Positions 30,401-39,400 of a stretch of 64,000 nucleotides of DNA are shown one piece after another (the stretch's first letter is position 1; each line of letters begins with the position of its first letter). Under the pieces are notes generated by a model. It was not told where the DNA came from. It ran no database searches and worked only from the letters and a program-made list of their open reading frames with translations. The translations under genes and the position numbers were made by a program. This stretch comes from Sedimentisphaerales bacterium. Lineage in GTDB: Bacteria; Planctomycetota; Phycisphaerae; Sedimentisphaerales; SM23-30. The stretch is from assembly GCA_963666285.1 (NCBI GenBank), contig OY762713.1; one strand, given 5' to 3'.

Positions 30401-33400
30401 CAAATTTGGAACAGTATCGATATGTTGACCAGATGAGCTATGAAGATATTATGGCTGAAAAGAAAGAAGTCCGTCATAAGATCGATAATTATGGTAATGT
30501 TATAACTGCTGACCAACGTAGGGAGTTAGAAGGATTAAAGCAGAGATTTGCCGTTTTAGCGACAGAGCGAGGTAAAAGAGAAAGGGGAAATGATAACAAG
30601 CAAACTGGTTTAGATTTAGGTTATGAATCTGGTAAAGTTATGAAAACTCGTATGGGCCGTACTACCAAGCCTGTACCGTCAGATATAACTCAAATAGAAC
30701 AATGGCTTATATCAGAAGCAGAACTGGAAGCCAAAAAACGTGGCGATGATCTTAATATTGATTACTGGCAAAAGAAATATGCCAATGGCTTGCCAGCGGA
30801 TAAAATTAAAGAGATTCAAGATTATCTATTCCATGATATTTCAGAATCTCCAGAAGTTTCGCAGCATAATTATGGTGAAGGTCGTTCAGCCAGCCAGGAA
30901 GTAATATTCAAAGGCGGTGCGATTCGTTGGGAAGAAGATAGAATCCGGGTGTATTTTGACGATAAACCATCTGCCGAGATACGAAAACAGTTAAAGGGAA
31001 GGGGTTTTGCTCTTAAATGGTCGCCGAAAAACAAGGCATGGCAGACTCATTTTATGCAGCAGCATAGATATGATCGTATTGTTACCTATCTGGATACTAT
31101 ATTGGACAGAGTTGAGGTATCTGTTCCTGAAACAGAAGCATCGGAAATAGTACCCCAAGAAGAAAATGGCGGCAAAACGTCAGATAGACCATTAAAAGGG
31201 ATATGGTATGATACTAGAGACGGGATATTTCCAGGTCAATTAGTCAGAAATATTACAAATGATAATCATCTAATGATCGTTGATGGGGAAATTGGCGATA
31301 GTCAGGTAACAGTACGTCCAATTGATGGTACTGAAATGAACGAATATCCGATACAAGTTGATAAACTTGAGCCGCTATATGATAATATTGCAGATAAAGC
31401 ATATAACGATAAAGCGGCGGCGGCATACAAGCAGCTTATCGGATTTGATGATGCAAAAGCAGAACTTGGTCAACATTGGGTAGAGCTTAAAGGTGTCACT
31501 AAGCTTGATAATCCTAGATTTGTACAAGACTTGATTGGTGTAACAATGGCTACCAACAGGGGGGATACTGTATGGGCCTATTCAACCAGCCAGGAACCAC
31601 AGGTTAGTGCGTACTTGAAGCGACGTGATGCCGTTGAAGGTGCTTTCAAAGAACTGGTCAGGATGTATAAAGAAGATTCAACAGAGACTGTTATTCCGGT
31701 TCAGTCGATGACCAGGCAGCAGTTAGAAAATGAACTTACTGAATCTGAGAAGCGAATACGTGAACTTGAAACAGAAGAAGAGACACCTGCAAATTTACGG
31801 GAATATCAGACTCTTGAGACACGTATTCGTTCTATTGATTCAGAGATCAGTGAACAAATACAGGATGGGCGTTCAATACCCAAGCTGGAGAATCGCCCCG
31901 AAACTATAGCTCTTATTGACGATCTACTGACAAAAGACTTTGCTGAAATAGAACTGGCAAACGGCTGGAAGATTTCATCAATAGGAAAGATAGATGGGAC
32001 AGATCGCTACCGACTTAAAGGCCCTGAATTTAAGCATGAAAAGATGCTTAAACGTATGAAAATTACAACTAGACCTATACATGGTATGGATATGTTCCTT
32101 CTTCCGTCTGGTGAATCTGCTTTAAGGAAGAAAGTTCAGGAACTTATTGCTAAGTATAAATTGCCAGGTAGTGATAAATCAAAGCAGGATAAGCCAGTTG
32201 TTAAGGATAACTTAATAACTGGTAGGGCTGAATACAAGGACATTATTGTTGGCACTTTCTTTAAGTTAAACGATAGATATGGTAATACTGTTGGGCCTGT
32301 AAGACAGTCAGATGGTAGTGTTGAAGTTGAATATCACGGTTATAAAAATATTACTGCATTTATATCAAGTGACGATATTACGCCTCTTTTTGACCCAACT
32401 ACTAATGATGCTGTACTAGCTTCTTATATGAACCTTATTTCCCATCAGAAAGCGAGTTTGGGTGGTATAGATGTTCGTATAGAGGAGTCAGATACCAGTA
32501 AGGGTGCTTATAGAGCGGTTGGCACTAAAAATGGTAAAGAAACCAGAATTTCTAAGTTTTCTAATCCAGCAGATAAAGAAGGAATTGAACCAACTGTACT
32601 GAAAGGGTATCACTGGCTGGTTAAAGAATATGCTGAAGGCAGGCAGAAAAAACCAGAAGCCGCAACTGGAACGATTGATGTCAGTAAAGCTAATACTGAT
32701 GATTTGCGTAAGTTTATGTTTGATGCCGGATTATCTGAGGAATCTCAAAGAGAGTCAGGTATTGAACACACTTTATCTGATGAGGCTGCCAAAAAGTTCA
32801 AAGAAAAGGCCAAGAAACTGGCAGACTTAGTTAATAAACGCATGAATAGTAACCCGATGGTTGACCCTGAGATATGGGGAGCTGTCGTTGATCTGACAGT
32901 TACCGGTCTGGAACTGGGTATATATAAGTTTGGTGATATGGTCAGACATCTAAAAAATGAAGTGGGGGATAAAGTTACTCATTTCGTTGCAAGAAATCTG
33001 GAAAAAGCATGGGATAAGCTTGCTATGTCTGATACCAGTGGCCTTGTGCAAAAGCGTGATGGTGAAACTGTAGATAAAATTTTAGAAAACCAAAAGCCAC
33101 AAAGTAAACCTGAACAGACTGAATTTAAGATAGAAAAAGGAAATCTGGAAAGCTTTGTCGGTTCACTATATAGCCGTTTCGATAATATTTTAGAAAGTGA
33201 TAATGATTTCCCGGCCTCTGCATTTTTTAAGATGGCTGACCAGTATTTTGGTGGTTCTCGTGCTGATGGTGTTTATGGTCCAAGTGAAGCCTATGATGTC
33301 CTGGAAGTCGCTATAAATCGCTACATACTCGATAAAGGCTTAGTTGATAAATTACCAGCCGGTCAATCTTCTGACATTGCTTCAGAGCAAGTTGATAAAT

Positions 33401-36400
33401 TAGGTGGTATTGTCAAGAAGCTAATGGTATCTCAAACCAATAGAAGTGGCGAAAAAGCAACTATGCAGCAGTTTTCCACCCCGCCGCATTACGCCGCTGC
33501 TGCCGGATGGGTAGCCAATATATCAGAAAATGACAGGGTTTTAGAGCCATCTGCCGGGACTGGTTGTTTGTGTCTTGTTCCTATAACAGCAAATGCAACG
33601 GTACAAGCTAATGAACTATCGGATCGCCGAGGAGAATTATTACAGCAACTATCTGATAATATTGAAGTCACAGGAGAAAATGCCGAATATATACAACATC
33701 TTGTTTCAGAAGATAATCGGCCTGATGTTGTGCTTATGAATCCTCCTTTCAGCCGGTCAGCCGCCAAAGCAGGGGGCAAAAAGAAGGCTCTCGGCACCGA
33801 TATTAAGCATATTGAAGCAGCACTGGATACATTAAAACCCGGTGGCAGGTTAGTTGCTATTATGGGGGCTGGATTGCATGGCCCTTCGGCAAGTTTTACT
33901 CGCTGGATGCTTAAAATAAAAGGAATATACAGTGTCAGGGCTAATGTAACCCTCGACAGGAGCGTATATAAGAAATATGGAACCGAATTTCCGACTAGAA
34001 TGCTGGTAATTGACAAAGTTAATCCGACCGGTCATAATATTGTATCAGGGGAATATGCCACCCCGTCGGAAATGATGATGGCATTAGATGAGGTACGTAA
34101 TGATCGAGTTGAAACAACTGAACCAACTGCCACTGTCGCAACTGGCAAACAAACTGGCAGAAAATCCGATGCCACACCAGCTTCTAAATCTTCTGGTACT
34201 AGCGGTATGGCCACTGGAAGCCGAAGATCGTCTTCTGATAAATCGGGAAGAGTTGTCAGCAAGCCGAAATTATCTTCATCAACAGATAGTCGGGAACGTA
34301 GCGATGCTGGACCCACTAATGCAGATGGCACTGTTTCTGGATTACGAGGAGATGCCGGAGAGTTTTCTGGAGATCAATCTACCTCTGGTAGAGAAGACAG
34401 CGCAGGAAATGATGCCGATATATCAGAATCTAACCGCCGAAAAAGCAGCCAATCTACTACTGGAAAATCTTCTGGACAATCAGATGGAGTGGTTTCAGGA
34501 GTTGCAGGCACACAGATAACAGATAGTGTTTTTGAGCCTTATATACCTGTTGAAATATTCCCTGGAGCCAAAGATCACCCCGCCACTCTGGTAGAATCAG
34601 CGGCTATGGCAGCAGTACCAAGCCCGGCAATCACATACACCCCTGAAATTTCAAAAAATGTTATCAATGACGGTGGTCTAAGTGCCGCCCAGATTGAAGC
34701 TGTTGCGCGTGCCGGCCAAGCTCATAAAAATTTATTGCCAAATGGTGATCGCATGGGATTTATGGTTGGCGATGGTACAGGAGTAGGAAAAGGGCGGGAA
34801 ATATCAGGTATTATCGTAGATAATTGGAACAGGGGACGTAAAAAGGCTATATGGATAAGTAAGAATAAAAAGCTGTACCAGGACGCAGTTCGTGACCTTA
34901 CGGACCTGGGTTTCAATTCTGAGTTAATTCATAACCTGTTAAAAATAAAATATAATCAAGATATTTCAGAGCAGATAGGTGATGGTGTTCTATTTACTAC
35001 ATATAACACTGTTAAAAGTTCTTCAAAAAATAACCCTGAACATACCAGGTTAGGTCAGATACAGCAATGGATTGGAGAGCCGGAAACATTTGATGGTGTA
35101 ATTGCTCTTGATGAAGCCCATATTGCCAATAATGTGCTTGGCAAGGGGATAGGAGGCCCATCAAAAGTAGCTGAAACTATAAGAGAGCTACAGGAATTGA
35201 TGCCAAATGCCCGTATCGTGTATGTGTCAGCAACCGGGGCCAGTGAAGTTGAGAGCCTGGCATATATGGAACGGCTTGGAATGTGGGGTAAAGATACTCA
35301 GTTTGCCGATGTCCATGACTTTATCAATAATATTGCTTCCGGCGGAGTTGCCGCTATGGAGGTTGTTGCCCAGGAACTAAAAGCCAGAGGGCTATATATG
35401 GCCCGAAGTATTGCTTATAATGATGGTACAGAAGATGGTACGGTGCAATATGACAGGCTGGAGCATGAACTGGATGGCCGCCAAAAAATCATTTATGACG
35501 AGATTGCTAAAGCATGGCAGATGGTATTAACTGATATTTGGAAATCAATGGGCGATACTGGAGCTGTAAGAAATTCCAATGCCAGAGCTTTTGTTAGTGG
35601 CCAGTTCTGGTCAGCTAATCAGCGTTTTTTTAATACGCTTATTACATCTATGCAAATACCAAGTGTTATCAGGTCAATAGAAAGTGATATGAAAGAAGGG
35701 CGATCCGCTGTACTACAAATTACTCAAACAGGTCAGGCAGCACAGGAAAGAGCTTTGGCTCGCATGGAAGAAGGCCAAGACCTGGAAGATTTCGATAGTA
35801 GTCCGATTCACGTATTAACTGATCTGGTAATGAATATTTATCCAGTTCATTTATATGAGGATATTGAAGATGAAAACGGTAAAGTTAGATCAGAACAGGT
35901 AAAAGATAGTAACGGTGATCCAGTTGTCGATCAGAAAGCATTGGCAAGACGTGATGCTCTTATGGGGAGATTAGCAAGTATAAGAGTACCTGCCAGTCCA
36001 TTGGAAACAATAATAGACCATTTTGGCGTAGATAATGTCGCAGAAGTAACAGGCAGAACAGAGCGAGTGGTTTATGTTGAAGATGATAATGGTCAGATGG
36101 TAAGAACTGTCCAAAGAAGACCGGCAAGTGCCAATGAAGCAGAAACAGCAGCATTTCAGACGGGACAAAAACGTATTCTGATATTTAGTGAAGCCGGTGG
36201 TACAGGCGCAAGCTATCATGCAGATCGTAGAGCAGAAAATCAGCAAAAACGACATCATTATCTGGTTGATGCTGGCTGGAAAGCTGATGCGGCTATGCAG
36301 GGACTGGGCCGCTGTCATAGGAGTAACCAGGTGGCAGCACCCTGGATAACACTGGCAAGTACCAACCTTTCAGGCCATAAACGCTTTATATCAACAATAG

Positions 36401-39400
36401 CCAGACGATTATCGCAGTTAGGGGCTTTGACTCGTGGTCAGGCAAAAGCCAGTGGAAATGAATTGTTTAGCGCAAATGATAACCTTGAAAGCCCGGAAGC
36501 AAAACAAGCTGTTATTCAGTTATGCACTGATATTGCTCGTGGTGGTATTGATGATATTAGCGGAAATGAGTTTCTGGAAAAGACCGGGCTAAAGTTCATT
36601 GATGAAATGGGTTCATTAAATGAGTCAAATATCCCTGAATCTACACAATTTTTGAATAGACTGTTAAGTCTGGAATTTGATTATCAAAATATGGTATTCA
36701 GTCACTTTGCTGAAAGACTGGAAGAAAAGATACAGCAGGCAATTGCAAATGGTACACTTGATACCGGAGTAGAAAATATTATAGCTGACCGTATCGAAAA
36801 AGTGCAACAAGCTGTACTTGAAAAATATGATGATGGCGGCCAGACTGGATATGTACAGTTTACATCATATAGCCGAAACGAACCTAAGCATTTAGACGAA
36901 ATATTGCGGTCTGAAAGAATAGTAAAATGGGTTAGACTGGCAAATGACAAAGTTGTAGGATTATCTGAAGCAGGTAATGTAACCAATGCTTCAGGACAGG
37001 TAGTCAAAAGATATCGTATTATAACACCTATTAGCCGTAGTCAAATCGAGCCGGTATCAGAGATTGATGGCAACCCTGATATCGTTGAAGTTGATAAAAG
37101 TAAGTTAAATGCTCTTTGGGCTGAAGAAGTAGCTAATACCCCTGAATTTAAAGAGGAAAGTGTTCACATGGTTACTGGTCGTCTGCTACCTATATGGAAG
37201 CAGTTGAAAGGTCAGCCCCAAATCCGCAGACTTATTGATGATAAAAATGAGATATATTTAGGTCGAAAAATACCTCAAAAACATGCTAAAGTATTGCTGG
37301 AAAGCGTAAATATCACTATGAAGGCACGTAAGATGCCAGTTAAGGATATTGTTGATGGTCTAAAGTCAGGCGGTAAATTAAAACTTGCCAATGGCTGGAC
37401 TATCAGGCAGCGTATGACAGGCAAGGAAAAACGCTATTTATTAGATGGCCCTGATTTTACTTATGATAGTACATTGAATGAAATGGGGATATTCAGCGAA
37501 ACTGTTGGATATAAGCAGATGTACTTTATACCGGCAAAAGATATTGGCAAAACCGCCCAGGAACTTATAAAACAATATAAATTAGAAGAATTTGAAGGTG
37601 TCGAAAACTTCCAAAAACCGCAAGCGGTTGAATATCTGCATGAATCAGCCGATTTGAGTTATGTTAATACGTATCTTGAAAACTCTGAACTTTCACCTAA
37701 AAGGCTGGGAAAAGCTTTTGGCATACCGCAAAAATCAATATCTACAACCGATACTGATGGCGAATTTATAGTAAATCTGCCTAATGGCAAAACCGTATAT
37801 ATTGACTCTCTTGCTACTATATATAAAGATGATCGAGATGATTATAGAGGATTGTGGCGTAATCTACCTGGTGCTATTACCCTTGAAGATGGCAGGGAGA
37901 TAGATTTTGATGGTATGATACAGCTTTCAGCATATTTTGCGACCGCAGACACTCTTTCACATGAACAGTTTCATGCTGCTATGGACCTGGCATTATCTGA
38001 CAGGGAAAGAGCTGTTATATTGAGTAGGTTTGGCGGTGATGAAGAATTTGCCGCAGAAATATATGGAAACTGGGCTGCCGGTAGAGATAGTAAAGGATAC
38101 CCGTTTTTTACTAAAATTCGTGACTTTTTCCGGCGTATTTTCTGTGCAATTACAGGCCGTAATGATATTGGAGATATATTTTCTCGTATATATTCCGGTA
38201 AGATATGGAATGAATCAGCACAGACAACATCAACATGGCGTGAAGCTCCACAGAAGGCCAAAGGACGGGATCTCAAATCAATGATAGTGAAAGGTCCGGG
38301 ACACGTTACAAATCGCAAGGTTAAGCAGTTAGGAGCTACCTGGGGCAAAGAGCATAAAACCACCCCTCAAGAAAGAATACAGATAAGAACCGATGCCAGA
38401 CGTGACTACGAAGGCAAAAAGTCAGCCCGCCAGCTAACAAAAGAAAATGCTAAAACAGCAATGGATAAAGCTAATTTCGGTATTAACTTTATAACTAATA
38501 TACTGGAACCTAACAGGGCGGCAACAAAAAGCTTTGGCTATGATACTGTAGCGGAAATTATTAAGATGGCTGCATCCCCAGAAGCCGGTCAATTGGAATT
38601 TGGTGATACAATGCTCTCTAATATTGAGATGTCATATAGAGAATTACGTGATAAGATCGAGAAACTATCACCAGAACAAAAACAATATATATATCATATT
38701 CGTGGCGAAGCTGTTTCTGATGCTGGTCAATACTTGCAGGCAATAGCAAAAGATAAGATATCACCAGAAGCTCTTGAATATGCTAAAATGCTAGATGAAG
38801 TGTACAACTCTGCCTATGATCTATTGGAAAAGCATAATTTTGAAGCTATGTACTTTGAAGATTATTTCTACGGAGTGTATAAAAACAGTCATAAAGGCCG
38901 TGAAATAACTAATAAGTTCCTGAAACATTATCCAACAACTCAAAAAATGTTAAAGCATAAGTGTATTCCTACCGTTGCTGATGCCAGTGGTCTGGGCCTG
39001 GAAATGAGAGATCAGAACCCTGTTAATAATGCTTTCCGTGAAGTTGGAGCTATATGGCGGTTAGCGGCTATGGTACAGTTACGTGATTATCTGGTTAAAA
39101 GCCATACCGAAACCGGCATAATTCATGTTACAGATGCCAATGAGTATCATCTACAGAACTGGCGGCATCTATATAAACAGCAGGGCAGTAATGTAGAGGA
39201 ACCGATATTTCAGAATTATCTGTTGCATCCTGATCTGTACAGACCTATTGCAGCATTAAACAGCTTTAACCTAACCGGACGTGACGGGATCAGACAAGTA
39301 AGATCATTTATTCATATTATGAACGGGTTTAAATTCCTTCTTCCTACGCACCATTTACGTACAATTGGAGCGCAGGCAATAGTTGATAGTGGCAGTACTT

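Noticed and set aside
34088..34519. 143-aa alternative-frame ORF inside the giant gene
   Set aside because: Overlaps a low-complexity Ser/Gly linker; no independent evidence of translation
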